NCBI GenBank assembly: GCA_018268435.1
Contig: JAFDWP010000159.1
Span: 1 to 62,214, forward strand
Direction: 5' to 3'
DNA from: Actinomycetota bacterium
GTDB lineage: Bacteria; Actinomycetota; Actinomycetes; Actinomycetales; Microbacteriaceae
DNA: 62,214 nt
A model generated the notes under the pieces. It did no database searches. It worked only from the letters and a program-made list of their open reading frames with translations, and was not told the origin of the DNA. Positions 19,268-29,343 of the stretch are shown one piece after another. Position numbers and translations under genes: made by a program. Every line of letters starts with the position of its first letter. Position 1 is the stretch's first letter.

Positions 19268-20148
19268 CCCGCACCCCGCGTCTTGGCCCCCGGCGCGGCC
19301 AGGGAGAGAGTGAGCACGAGGTCGTCGTCCCGCAGCAGCACCGGCAGCGTCTCGCCGATCAGCAGCCGCAACAGGATGCCCCGTCCCGTTCCGGTCGCCG
19401 CGAGCGCGGGCTGCGGACTGCCAAGCAGCGCGCGCAACAGCACCGCCCACGAGCGTCCCGGCAGGTCGAGCAGAGCGCGGGCGTGCTTGTCGCGGCGCAG
19501 CGTCTCGTAGGCGGTGTGCCGGTTCCCGACCCGGGTCAGCGCCACGCAGACGTGCTCCACGCTGGCCCGCGCGGTGCCCTCCGCCCAGCCCAACAGGATC
19601 AGCAGCGTGATCGCGTCCTCCACGGCCGACGCAGCCGTAGTCGTCCCCGGCTCGGCCGGCGCCTGCTCCGGGGCGTCGTCGTCGTCGCGGTCGTGGGCGT
19701 CCTTGATCTGGAACGCGGGGTGATAGTCCGACAGGACGTTCTCGCGGTCGGAGAGGCGTTCGGGGTCGTGGAAGACCGAGTAGCGGGGCCGGCGCGCCTG
19801 GTGCGTCGAGCACAGCAGACCTTGGCCACGTTCCTCGGCGATGCAGGTGATCCGTACCGCATGGGTGATGACGGCCCACGGGTCGTCCGCGGTGCGGGCG
19901 GCGCGGGTGCGCATCACATCGAATGCCGCGCTGGCAGCTTCCCACGGGTCGAGCCGGTGCTTGTGCGCGAGGGCCGCGTATTTCTCGGCGGCGAACGCCA
20001 TCAGCTCTGCCGCTACCGGGTCGTGCTCCCACGCGCCTCGCCCGGAGGCATGGAGCCGGCGCAGCAAGGCGCGCAGGCCCTCACTCGTGCGGTAGTCCTC
20101 CACCGGCCGGCCGCCGGTCTTGCTCGTGGTGCTGGTGTCGTTGGTCAT
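19264..20148 (-). CDS. Hypothetical protein, possible divergent sigma-like factor (paralog of 35268-36143)
   Basis: GGAGG RBS before ATG 20148; shares EGLR.LL.RLH..G.GAW, ASAAF.VM and PWAV.T blocks with the second copy. Confidence 0.7.
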   Translation of the reverse strand: MTNDTSTTSKTGGRPVEDYRTSEGLRALLRRLHASGRGAWEHDPVAAELMAFAAEKYAALAHKHRLDPWEAASAAFDVMRTRAARTADDPWAVITHAVRITCIAEERGQGLLCSTHQARRPRYSVFHDPERLSDRENVLSDYHPAFQIKDAHDRDDDDAPEQAPAEPGTTTAASAVEDAITLLILLGWAEGTARASVEHVCVALTRVGNRHTAYETLRRDKHARALLDLPGRSWAVLLRALLGSPQPALAATGTGRGILLRLLIGETLPVLLRDDDLVLTLSLAAPGAKTRGAG

Positions 20149-20241
20149 GGTCTGGGCACCTCCCGGCGGCGAGGTGAGCCCGCGCTGCATTGCGGGTCGT
20201 GCCTGGGCCTTTCGGGCGTCCATGACTCATCACCACCCCGG

Positions 20242-20643
20242 CTACCTCATCCCGACCCCGGAACGCCGCTGACCCTGCTCAGCCGCACCGCGACGGCCGA
20301 ACGCCGACAGCGGCGGCAGACGGCGCGCCCGCTCAGCCACCCAGCGCGCGCTCTTCTCGAACGGGGCACGGTTGCGCTGGTTCGCGCGGGTCGTGAGGTC
20401 GATGCCGCGGCGCGACAGAGCGCCGCCGCCCTGGGCGAACAGATCGGTCGGGCGCACCCAATCCACGCCCCGCCCCCGCACCTGGGCCAGCTTCTCCTTC
20501 GCCGCCCGCCGGGACAGCTCGGCCTCCTTCACCGCATCCGGCGCCCCCGCCACCGCCTCGGCCTCGGGCCGCTTCGGCTCGGGTTCGCGGCGCGGCTCGG
20601 CGTGCTGGCGCTCCTGATCGATCGGACTGATGTGCTCACTCAT
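20242..20643 (-). CDS. Hypothetical protein
   Basis: 133-aa ORF, GGAG RBS, ATGA coupling. Confidence 0.65.
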   Translation of the reverse strand: MSEHISPIDQERQHAEPRREPEPKRPEAEAVAGAPDAVKEAELSRRAAKEKLAQVRGRGVDWVRPTDLFAQGGGALSRRGIDLTTRANQRNRAPFEKSARWVAERARRLPPLSAFGRRGAAEQGQRRSGVGMR

Positions 20644-21356
20644 GACGCGGCTCCCTCCGTGACGGCCTCAGCCCCAGTCGGAGCGGAGGCATCAGACGGG
20701 TACGCGCGGGAGAACCACCTACCGACCGTCGAGGGATGCACCTGCAGCTCGCGGGCGATCCTCTTGTTCGACCAGCCCGCCTCCCGCAGCTCATCCGCAC
20801 GCGCCCGTCGCCCCACGCCCTCAGGTTCGGCGACGGGCTCCAGGTCGGCATCCAACGCGGGTGCGACCGGCGCCGGCAGCAGCTCAGCCGCAGGCGCGGT
20901 CCGCTCGGGCACAGTCGCCTCAACACAAGCCGGCTGGACGGCGGGCACGGTGCGGGTAGAGCGGATCAATACGACGGTCAGATGCGTCGAGGCCAGCAGC
21001 ACCATCGGCGGGACGGCCGCGACCGCGGCGGCAAGCACGCCGGGCACGCTCGCGCCGGCCGCGACGACCGCGTGCAGCGCGTTCGCAGTCACCGACACGA
21101 GCGCCCCGGCGCCCAGCAGCGTCCACGCATACCAAGCCGCCGGGTGCCCGTCGAGGGCGACGACCGCGACCGTGGCCACCACGATCAGCCCGTCCACCAG
21201 CAGCGGCCACGCCCACGCTTTGTCCGCGGCGATGCCGGACCGGAATGCCAGATCGGACAGCGCCGTGAACGACAGCCAGAACGCGGCACAGCCGATCAGC
21301 ACCGTGCCGATCGCCGCGATCGCCACCGCCCAGCCCCGAGCCCGCGGACGCATCAC
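20640..21356 (-). CDS. DUF2637-like membrane protein with C-terminal HTH
   Basis: AFWLSF.AL..LA, WPLLVDG, HTH SNKRIARELQVHPSTVGRW; GTGA coupling. Confidence 0.75.
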   Translation of the reverse strand: MMRPRARGWAVAIAAIGTVLIGCAAFWLSFTALSDLAFRSGIAADKAWAWPLLVDGLIVVATVAVVALDGHPAAWYAWTLLGAGALVSVTANALHAVVAAGASVPGVLAAAVAAVPPMVLLASTHLTVVLIRSTRTVPAVQPACVEATVPERTAPAAELLPAPVAPALDADLEPVAEPEGVGRRARADELREAGWSNKRIARELQVHPSTVGRWFSRAYPSDASAPTGAEAVTEGAAS

Positions 21357-22315
21357 AGCCCCCGAACCGGAACCCCGGACGAAGCCGCCCGAGCCCCACC
21401 ATCCGGCGCCCGAGGACCGAAGCCGCACCCAGCAGGCCCACCACCCGCAGGGCTCGCCGAAGGCATCGAACTGCGGGAACCATTGGCGCCGACGTTGCGG
21501 TAGGCGCTGTACACGGTGCGGATGATTTCGCGTTCGGGGAAGTCATCTTTCTCGGCCTTCACCAGCGCATCCAACGCTTGGGAGACCGGGACATTGTTCT
21601 CGGCCAGACGGCACGCGGCCCAGAACAGTTTCAGGTTCCGGTCACCCTTGATCTGCCGCGCCAGCCACGCCGCGAGCCGGTCTGCGTCCACCCACCCGGA
21701 GCGGCGCGGGCCGTCCGGTGCCGGACGAGGTCGCGGCGGCGGGCTCAGGAAGGCGCGCAGCCGTACCGCGTCCACCGGCGCCACTGGCCCGGTCGCGACC
21801 TGCTCGACCTGGTACGCGGCGCTGCCGTGGTCCAGGAGGAGCATCGAGGGCGGGGCGATGATGTAGCCGCCGTCGCCGCGGCAGTCCACCCCGGCTTTCC
21901 CGATCGCCCACGAGGTCTGCGTGCGGGCCGGAGTCGCCGGGAAGTAGGCATGCTGCCCGCCGGTCGGGGTTGTCACCGTGACCAGCGGCTCACCGATCAG
22001 ACCCGCCCGGGCGGCTCGCGCGTAGGCGGCGTACCCGTTCACCCGGTGCACGTCCACGTCGATCACTACCAGACCCGAGGCATGGCCGGTCGGGATGCCG
22101 ATGTTCGCGTGCGGCTGCCACCGCCACCACCCGTCCACCCGCCGCAGATTGGTCGTGGCGAGCTTGAAACCGAACGGGACGATCGGATTCTTCTCACCCG
22201 GCACACACGGAAACACCGGCACGCCCGCTGCGGCCAGCTTGTGCGCCGCCGCCGGCAGCGACATGCCGCCCAGCCGGTCGAACACCGCGGCCACGGTCCC
22301 TTGGGCGACCATCAC
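21353..22315 (-). CDS. Bifunctional DNA primase/polymerase
   Basis: VFPCVPGEK.P, ANIGIPTG, VIDVD, TPTGGQH, GGYIIAPPS. Confidence 0.9.
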   Translation of the reverse strand: MMVAQGTVAAVFDRLGGMSLPAAAHKLAAAGVPVFPCVPGEKNPIVPFGFKLATTNLRRVDGWWRWQPHANIGIPTGHASGLVVIDVDVHRVNGYAAYARAARAGLIGEPLVTVTTPTGGQHAYFPATPARTQTSWAIGKAGVDCRGDGGYIIAPPSMLLLDHGSAAYQVEQVATGPVAPVDAVRLRAFLSPPPRPRPAPDGPRRSGWVDADRLAAWLARQIKGDRNLKLFWAACRLAENNVPVSQALDALVKAEKDDFPEREIIRTVYSAYRNVGANGSRSSMPSASPAGGGPAGCGFGPRAPDGGARAASSGVPVRGL

Positions 22316-23409
22316 AGCCCCCGTCCCGACACCGCCCGAACAGGCGCCGGCGCGGGTTCGCGCAACGGCGCGATGGGCGACGCCTCGACGTTCGGTGCTT
22401 CGTGGGCCGGCGCCTCATGTCCGGGGTCGTCCAGATGCAGCGACAGCGGGTTGCCGTTGCCGAGCTGAGGGGTGTCGAGGTGGTCGAGGATGTCCTTCGC
22501 GACCTCGCGGATCGTCTCGCCGGTACGGCGGATGACCTGCACGGGGTCTTTCCCGTCTACGTTCGCGGCCCACCCGGCCACGTAGGGGATCGTGTAACTG
22601 CTGGTGTCCATGCCGTGCGCGGCGGCGATCATCAGCGCCGCCGACTCCGCCCGCACCTCGCTGATCCCGCGATGCTCCCGTGCGTCCCCCTGCTGGCGCG
22701 GGCCGTCCATGCGGACGTGCGCCAGCTCGTGCGCGAGGGTCTTCACCTGCGCCGCCGGGTCCATGTCGGTTCGGACGAGCACCTGCCGCGTCTCGAAGTC
22801 GGTCATGCCGTTCGCGCCGCGCATCGCGTCGCTGTCCGGCATCCGCAGCACCTCGAACCCCAACGACTCGACCTGCGCGGCCAACCCCTCCCACAGGCCA
22901 GCCGGGGCCTCGCCTTCCAACAGTTTCGGGCTCGGCTGCTCCGGCAACGGGGCACCGTGCGTGCGGGTCACATCCCAGACGTAGGCCGGGACGACATTGA
23001 CGATCCGACGACGCACGACCTCACCCGGTCGTGGCCTCTCGCGCTTCCCCAGCCGGCGCCACGATTCCGGATTGCCCGGCGTCGCGGTCGCGAATCGGGC
23101 ATTGACGGGGCTGCGAATCTGATAGCCGCCGCCGGCCTCAGCCCACCGGCCGAGCTTCTTCCAGTCCGTGTACCCGGCAACCCAGGTCGGCGTCGGCGTC
23201 GGCACCCGCCCCTGCTCGTAGGCCTCCACGTGCTGCGCCCAGATCAGCAGCGTGTTGTTGAACGAGCGCGTGCGGAACCTCGCCGCGAACTCCATCGCCC
23301 GCCGCCAGTCCTCACCGGACACCAGCTCCTGAACGGACTGCGTGATGCGTTCTTCCAGCGCATCGAGGCGCGCCTCACGCGCCGCCCGAGCATCCTCCAT
23401 CGCAGCCAT
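22312..23409 (-). CDS. ArdC-like ssDNA-binding protein with zincin motif
   Basis: SFNNTLLI..Q, VAGYTDWKKLGR, HELAH, EVRAES. Confidence 0.8.
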   Translation of the reverse strand: MAAMEDARAAREARLDALEERITQSVQELVSGEDWRRAMEFAARFRTRSFNNTLLIWAQHVEAYEQGRVPTPTPTWVAGYTDWKKLGRWAEAGGGYQIRSPVNARFATATPGNPESWRRLGKRERPRPGEVVRRRIVNVVPAYVWDVTRTHGAPLPEQPSPKLLEGEAPAGLWEGLAAQVESLGFEVLRMPDSDAMRGANGMTDFETRQVLVRTDMDPAAQVKTLAHELAHVRMDGPRQQGDAREHRGISEVRAESAALMIAAAHGMDTSSYTIPYVAGWAANVDGKDPVQVIRRTGETIREVAKDILDHLDTPQLGNGNPLSLHLDDPGHEAPAHEAPNVEASPIAPLREPAPAPVRAVSGRGL

Positions 23410-23530
23410 CACCTGACCTCCCTCCGCCGGGGCCACCCCGCAAAGGGGGTGACCATGCGACCGCGAGGTACGCCGGGAGAACCAACAGCCGAGACGGATC
23501 AGGAACGAGACTCCGACCGCCAGGCCAGAA

Positions 23531-23579
23531 GATGAACCCGACGAGTCTTTACCGAACTACACGACCTGAACAGTCCTCA
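23531..23579 (+). repeat. 49-bp direct repeat, copy 1
   Basis: 47/49 identical to 29295-29343. Confidence 0.9.
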
Positions 23580-23628
23580 ACGGCGGCACGGGCAAAGGCG
23601 GCTGTTATCGCTCGAAACAGTGCGCGCT

Positions 23629-24714
23629 TCAGTCGGATTGGCGACCGGCATAGGAGCGGCTGATGTTCCGATAGCGGCGCGGGGTCACGCCGACGCTACG
23701 GCGGAACTGCCGGGCCGCGAAGTCGGCCGCATCCCAGCCGACCTCGCGCGCGATCATCGTGATCGGCGCATCCGTGGTGCGCAGAAGCCCGGCCATGCGT
23801 TCCGTGCGCAGCATCGTCAAGTACGCGATGGGCGACTTGCCATACGCCTCTACGAACACTCGCCCGACTTGGGACTTGGACAGGTGTACCTCGTTCGCGA
23901 GGTCGGTCACCGACCAGTGCCGCGCCGGGTCGGCGCGCAACAGTTCTGCTGCCCTTCGGGCCTCGCTGCGCAATGGCGCGAACCGGTGATAGCGGGGCAG
24001 TGTCGGCCATGCCGTCGCCCGTTGCGTCGGTGACGTGCGAATTGGCGAGGTCTTGATGAATGGCGCGATCACATGCGCGACCGAGAACCAGAGCGCCTGC
24101 ATCCGGTAGAAGTTCTCCACTGGACGATCCTCGATGCTCAACGCGACCAGCTCGTCCAGCCACGGCATCAACTGCCCTGCCCGGTCCTCACCGAGACGGA
24201 GAATCTGGGCCGGCTCCGTGTAGATGGTCGCCGCGAAGTCCTGTGCGTCGAGACGATCCTGCAAGAGGCCGACGTGCTGCCAGAACACCTGGTCGATCAC
24301 GTAGTCGGTGTCCGCATAGATCGTCGTGACGGTGATGTGCCCCTCCGGCTCGCTGCCGCACAAGGTGTTCGCACCGAGCAGGACCACATCGCCCGCCCTG
24401 ACCGGCTTTTGTCCGAACTCACTGAACAAGATCGCGGACCCCGACCTGACGACAATCACCTTCACGCAGTCGTAGGCGAGTGGACCAACTGGTCGGTGAA
24501 GTGTTCGAGTACGTGCCAGCAATGGGTTCCAAGCCGCGGGGTTCCCCGGCGAGTGCTCGGTGGCGCTGGTTGCGAATGCGATTCGACTATCAGGCCGGTC
24601 ACCGGTTGGTGTCTGTTGCGCGCTGTCGTGCGAGCCCTTCGAGAAACAAGGCGACACCACGCCGGTAGGCACCCTCCGGGTCGTTGGCCTTTCCGGTCGC
24701 TTCCCCGAGCGCAT
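23629..24714 (-). CDS. AraC family regulator, copy 1 (true start uncertain, probably below 24600)
   Basis: C-terminal double HTH; strongly similar to 43213-44145. Confidence 0.8.
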   Translation of the reverse strand: MRSGKRPERPTTRRVPTGVVSPCFSKGSHDSAQQTPTGDRPDSRIAFATSATEHSPGNPAAWNPLLARTRTLHRPVGPLAYDCVKVIVVRSGSAILFSEFGQKPVRAGDVVLLGANTLCGSEPEGHITVTTIYADTDYVIDQVFWQHVGLLQDRLDAQDFAATIYTEPAQILRLGEDRAGQLMPWLDELVALSIEDRPVENFYRMQALWFSVAHVIAPFIKTSPIRTSPTQRATAWPTLPRYHRFAPLRSEARRAAELLRADPARHWSVTDLANEVHLSKSQVGRVFVEAYGKSPIAYLTMLRTERMAGLLRTTDAPITMIAREVGWDAADFAARQFRRSVGVTPRRYRNISRSYAGRQSD

Positions 24715-25360
24715 GAGAGACGCGTGAAGCAGTGGGGAATCGAGTGGGGTCGCCGATGGCGGCGGTGAGCGCCGGTTCGATGTTCGTCCACCACTCCACG
24801 TCGTTGTGCTCGTCGGGCTCCCGTGAACGCTGCGTCGCCAGGGTGGCCCTGGCCGTGCCTTGGACGAGCGAGACGAGCGCCGTCAAGGTGTGATCCATCT
24901 CGATGTCGGTGAGTCCGATGCCATCGAGGGCACGTAGTTCAGCCTCATACTTGGCGGATGCTCCTGGTCCGGGGACCGGTCGACCTGGCGCGGCATCGGT
25001 GATCCACGGGTGCTCTTGGCAGCTTGCCCAGTTCGCCTCGGCGATGGCTGTGATCCGCGCCCGCCAGTCGGCGTCGTCGGGCATCCCGGGTTTCGCGTAG
25101 GTGGAACCCGCAACGTGGTCGAGCATCAGCTCGATCAGTTCCGCGCGTCCGCCGATGTGGGGGTAGAGCGCCATCGCGGTCACCCCGGCCTCCGAAGCGA
25201 GACGCCGGATGGTCACCGCATCCAGGCCTTCGCGGTCGGCAAGTTCCACGGCCAAGGCGGTAACGCTCTGCTTGCTGATACCGCTGCGTGATCCGGCGGG
25301 AGACTCCCGCCAGAGTAGGCCGAGCAGTTTCAGTTCATCGACTCCGGTGCGCTTCGCCAT
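24599..25360 (-). CDS. TetR family regulator
   Basis: ADREGLDAVTIRRLA..GVTAMALY HTH; divergent from ABC operon. Confidence 0.9.
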   Translation of the reverse strand: MAKRTGVDELKLLGLLWRESPAGSRSGISKQSVTALAVELADREGLDAVTIRRLASEAGVTAMALYPHIGGRAELIELMLDHVAGSTYAKPGMPDDADWRARITAIAEANWASCQEHPWITDAAPGRPVPGPGASAKYEAELRALDGIGLTDIEMDHTLTALVSLVQGTARATLATQRSREPDEHNDVEWWTNIEPALTAAIGDPTRFPTASRVSHALGEATGKANDPEGAYRRGVALFLEGLARQRATDTNR

Positions 25361-25376
25361 CGACCTATCCTCTCAA

Positions 25377-25403
25377 CTCTACGTTGTACACTACAGTGTA
25401 GAG
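25377..25403. promoter_or_regulatory. Putative TetR operator
   Basis: CTCTAC..GTAGAG outer dyad and TACACT-AC-AGTGTA inner dyad in the divergent spacer. Confidence 0.6.
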
Positions 25404-25422
25404 CATAGCGAGAGGAGCAGGG

Positions 25423-26205
25423 ATGCGCAGTCACGAACGCCCGCGCGGCTCGATCAGCGTGCGCGGAGTCTGGAAGTCGTTTCCGGGCGCAGACCGCCCC
25501 GCGCTGGATGGCGTCGATCTGCGAGTGGACGCAGGACGGGTGTGTGCGCTGCTTGGAGCAAACGGTGCCGGGAAGACCACGTTGGTTCGCATCTTGACCA
25601 CGCTGACTCGCAAGGACGCCGGCACGGTCATCGTGGACGGGGCGGACGTGGATCGCGACCCCGCTGGGGTACGGGCCTCGATCGGCGTGGTCGGCCAGTA
25701 CGCGGCGCTGGATGAGGTGCTGTCGGCGCGGGAGAACCTGGAACTGTTCGCCCGCCTGGTCGGACTGAACCGCGCGGACGCACGTGCGCGGACCGACGAG
25801 CTACTCGATCAGGCCGGGCTTTGCGAGCACGGCGGCCGGCGGGTGTCCGGCTTCTCCGGGGGAATGCGGCGGCGGCTCGACTTGGTGACCTCAATGATTA
25901 CCCGCCCGTCCGTCCTGCTGATTGACGAACCGACGACGGGCCTCGATCCAGTTGCGCGCCGAACGATCTGGGACGCGGTGCGCGCTCTGGTGGCGGACGG
26001 AACAACTGTCCTGCTGACGACTCAATATCTGGAAGAGGCAGACGAACTCGCCGACGACGTGGTGATCCTCCGCGACGGCTCCGTGCTGGCGACCGGAACG
26101 CCGAAAGAGCTCAAAGCACTCGTGGGCGAGCCTCGGATGGAGATGCGCGAATCAACGCTCGAAGACGTGTATCTCCACCTGCACGAGAGGGGGAACGCCG
26201 CATGA
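25423..26205 (+). CDS. DrrA-like ABC ATP-binding protein
   Basis: GANGAGKT, FSGGMRRRLD, DEPTTGLDP, TTQYLEEAD. Confidence 0.9.
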   Translation: MRSHERPRGSISVRGVWKSFPGADRPALDGVDLRVDAGRVCALLGANGAGKTTLVRILTTLTRKDAGTVIVDGADVDRDPAGVRASIGVVGQYAALDEVLSARENLELFARLVGLNRADARARTDELLDQAGLCEHGGRRVSGFSGGMRRRLDLVTSMITRPSVLLIDEPTTGLDPVARRTIWDAVRALVADGTTVLLTTQYLEEADELADDVVILRDGSVLATGTPKELKALVGEPRMEMRESTLEDVYLHLHERGNAA

Positions 26206-27014
26206 CCTCGACCAGCGTCAACGTTGCGCCGCGCAATCGCGGACGCCTCCTACAAGAGTCCTTGATCCTGACCGGGCGAGCGGTCCGCCACTGGCGGGCA
26301 CGGCCGGTCACGTTCGGCATCCAACTGCTGTTCCCCGTCCTGGTCATGCTGCTCATGGGCGGCTTGCTCGGCGGGGCGATCGCGGGCACGACCGGCGACT
26401 ACATCGTCTTCGTGGTGCCCGGCATCCTCGCCTTCACCGTGCTGTCCGGCATCGAGACGACCATCAGCGCCGTCACGAATGACGCGGCGAAGACCGTGAC
26501 AGACAGGTTCCGCACGCTGCCCATCTCCCGAGGCTCGGTACTGCTGGGACGGGTGTTCGCCGACATGCTCACCGCCGCGGTCGAACTCGCCGTCGTCACC
26601 GCCGCCGGGCTCGCCCTCGGTTGGCGACCGGATGCCTCCGCCGCCCCCATCATCCTTGCGTATCTCCTGCTGCTCTGGCTCAGGTTCGGCCTGCTCTGGG
26701 CCGGCGTCTGGATCGGACTGAAAGCCGGCACCCCCGAAGCCGCGACGACCGCGCAGCTCGCGATCTGGCCGGTCGCCTTCCTCTCCACCGTGTTCGTCGA
26801 CCCACGCACGATGCCGTCGTGGCTGGGAACGATCGCCGAATGGAACCCACTCTCGGCAACCGTCTCGGCCGCCCGCGAACTGCTCTCCGGCGCACAGACG
26901 CACGGGCTCACCATCGCCGCAGACCACGCCGTCCTGTTCGCGGTCCTGTGGCCCCTGGTCTTGACCGTCCTCTTCACCCCCCTGTCGATCCGCGCCTACC
27001 GGAGATTGTCATGA
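26202..27014 (+). CDS. DrrB-like ABC-2 permease
   Basis: Six TM helices, DRFRTLPI, MPSWL..IAEWNP. Confidence 0.88.
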   Translation: MTSTSVNVAPRNRGRLLQESLILTGRAVRHWRARPVTFGIQLLFPVLVMLLMGGLLGGAIAGTTGDYIVFVVPGILAFTVLSGIETTISAVTNDAAKTVTDRFRTLPISRGSVLLGRVFADMLTAAVELAVVTAAGLALGWRPDASAAPIILAYLLLLWLRFGLLWAGVWIGLKAGTPEAATTAQLAIWPVAFLSTVFVDPRTMPSWLGTIAEWNPLSATVSAARELLSGAQTHGLTIAADHAVLFAVLWPLVLTVLFTPLSIRAYRRLS

Positions 27015-29299
27015 CCGCCGAAGTCCCTGACGTGATCCGGGTTCGAGGCGCACGGCAGAACTCCCTCAAAGACATCGACCTCGACGTGCCGAAGCACCGC
27101 CTGGTCGTCGTGACGGGCGTATCGGGGTCGGGGAAATCGTCGCTGGTGTTCGACACGATCGCGGCCGAGTCGGCCAGGCAGCTCAACGAGACGTTCTCCG
27201 CCTTCGCACAAGGCCGCCTGCCCAGTTATGCGCACCCGGACGTGGATGTGCTGGAGAACCTGTCCGCGGTGATCGTGGTCGACCAGCAGCGGCTCGGCGG
27301 CGGACCGCGCTCGACGGTCGGCACGATCAGCGACATCGGGGCGCGCCTGCGGCTGCTGTTCTCCCGGCTCGGCGAGCCGGCGGCGGGCTACTCGAACGCC
27401 TACAGCTTCAACGACCCGGCAGGCATGTGCCCGAACTGCCAAGGCCTCGGCGTCGCCTCCGTCGCGGTGGAGTCGGAGCTGGTGGACGATAGTCGCTCCC
27501 TCAACGAGGGCGCGATCACCTTCCCGACCTTCAAGCCGGGAACATGGCTGTGGAAGGCCTACGCCAAGTCGGGGTTCTTCGATCCCGACATGAAGGTCCG
27601 CGACTACGCGCACGAGCAGCGCGAGTTGTTCCTGCACGCACCGGCAGGCCAGCACAACCCGCCCGCCGGGATGGATGCGGTCGGCACCGCCTACGAGGGG
27701 CTGGTCACACGCTTCAACCGCATCTACCTCCAACGCGAGCCCGAGTCGTTCAAGGGTGCCCAGCGGACCGCGTTCGAGCGGATCGTCGCACGCGCGGCGT
27801 GCCCTGAGTGCGGTGGCAGTCGGCTGGCCGAGCCAGCACGGGCGAGCCTGATCCACGGCGTCTCCATCGCCGACTGCAATGCGATGCAGGTCAGCGACCT
27901 CGTGACGTGGACAGGCGGCATCGGCGGCAGCACAGTCGCCTCGCTCGTCGCGAGCTTGCGCGTCCATCTGGAACGCATGATGACCCTCGGACTCGGCTAC
28001 CTCAGCCTCGACCGCGCCACCTCAACCCTCTCCGGCGGCGAAGCACAGCGGATCAAGATGGTCCGCCACCTCGGCAGCGCCCTCGCGGACATGCTCTACG
28101 TCTTCGATGAGCCCACAGTCGGCCTGCACCCGCGCGACGTGGCCTCACTCGGACGGATGCTGCAAGCACTCCGCGACCGCGGCAACACCGTGCTCGTGGT
28201 CGAGCACGACCCCGACATCATGGCCCTCGCCGATCACGTCATCGACCTCGGCCCCGGAGCCGGCGCCGCCGGCGGACGCATCATCTACCAGGGCGACTAC
28301 GCCGGGCTCACCCGAGCCGACACGCCCACGGGCCGAGGACTGAGGGAGCATCGACAAGTCGAGCGGGATCGGCGCACTCTGCCTGACACGGATGGGACGG
28401 AATGGATCGAGATTCGCGACGCCAGTACTAACAACCTCCAGCACGTGAACACGCGCATCCCGCACGGAGTGATGACCGTGGTGACCGGCGTCGCGGGATC
28501 GGGCAAGTCGAGCCTGATCCTCGGCAACCTGCCCGCCATCGAGCCGGATGCCGTGGTCATCGACCAGCGAGCGATCCGAGGATCGCGCCGCTCCAACCCC
28601 GCCACCTTCACCGGGCTGCTGAACCTGATCCGCGACGCCTTCGCCAAGGCCACCGGGCGGTCCATCGGCCTGTTCACCCCCAACTCCACCGGAGGATGCC
28701 CGGCTTGCGAGGGCAACGGCGTCATCTACACCGACCTGGCCTTCATGGAAGGCGTGCTCACTCGATGCGAGGTCTGCGACGGACGCCGGTTCACCCCGCA
28801 AGCCCAAGCTCACTCCGTCGACGGCAAGAGCATCGCCGACGTGTTCGAGATGAGCGTCACCGACGCCCTCGACTATTTCGCCCAGCCGCCCATCCTGCGC
28901 ATCCTCGAACGCCTCCGCGACGTGGGGCTCGAATACCTCACCCTCGGGCAGATGCTCTCCACCCTCTCCGGTGGTGAACGTCAGCGACTGAAACTCGCGG
29001 CGGAACTCGGCACACCGGGCCGGACGATCATCCTCGATGAACCGACCACGGGCCTGCACATCGCCGACATCGCACGACTCATCACCCTGCTCGACCGCCT
29101 CGTCAACGCCGGCTCCACGCTCGTCGTGATCGAGCACAACCTCGACATCATCGCCGCCGCCGACTGGATCATCGACCTCGGCCCCGAAGCCGGACACGAC
29201 GGCGGCCGCATCGTCTACGAAGGCACCCCCGAAGACATGATCGCAACGAGCAACACCCACACCGCGACCCACCTACGCCGGCACATCAGGTCAGGATGA
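27011..29299 (+). CDS. Short UvrA-like (DrrC-type) protein
   Basis: Two ABC modules (GVSGSGKS, GVAGSGKS, LSGGE twice), CxxC fingers, 762 aa; ATGA coupling. Confidence 0.88.
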   Translation: MTAEVPDVIRVRGARQNSLKDIDLDVPKHRLVVVTGVSGSGKSSLVFDTIAAESARQLNETFSAFAQGRLPSYAHPDVDVLENLSAVIVVDQQRLGGGPRSTVGTISDIGARLRLLFSRLGEPAAGYSNAYSFNDPAGMCPNCQGLGVASVAVESELVDDSRSLNEGAITFPTFKPGTWLWKAYAKSGFFDPDMKVRDYAHEQRELFLHAPAGQHNPPAGMDAVGTAYEGLVTRFNRIYLQREPESFKGAQRTAFERIVARAACPECGGSRLAEPARASLIHGVSIADCNAMQVSDLVTWTGGIGGSTVASLVASLRVHLERMMTLGLGYLSLDRATSTLSGGEAQRIKMVRHLGSALADMLYVFDEPTVGLHPRDVASLGRMLQALRDRGNTVLVVEHDPDIMALADHVIDLGPGAGAAGGRIIYQGDYAGLTRADTPTGRGLREHRQVERDRRTLPDTDGTEWIEIRDASTNNLQHVNTRIPHGVMTVVTGVAGSGKSSLILGNLPAIEPDAVVIDQRAIRGSRRSNPATFTGLLNLIRDAFAKATGRSIGLFTPNSTGGCPACEGNGVIYTDLAFMEGVLTRCEVCDGRRFTPQAQAHSVDGKSIADVFEMSVTDALDYFAQPPILRILERLRDVGLEYLTLGQMLSTLSGGERQRLKLAAELGTPGRTIILDEPTTGLHIADIARLITLLDRLVNAGSTLVVIEHNLDIIAAADWIIDLGPEAGHDGGRIVYEGTPEDMIATSNTHTATHLRRHIRSG

Positions 29300-29343
29300 A
29301 CCCGACGAGTCTTTACCGGACTACACGACCTGAACGGTCCTCA
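29295..29343 (+). repeat. 49-bp direct repeat, copy 2
   Basis: 47/49 identical to 23531-23579. Confidence 0.9.

Noticed and set aside
27011-29299. Housekeeping uvrA
   Set aside because: Too short, and in an operon with a drug exporter inside mobile cargo
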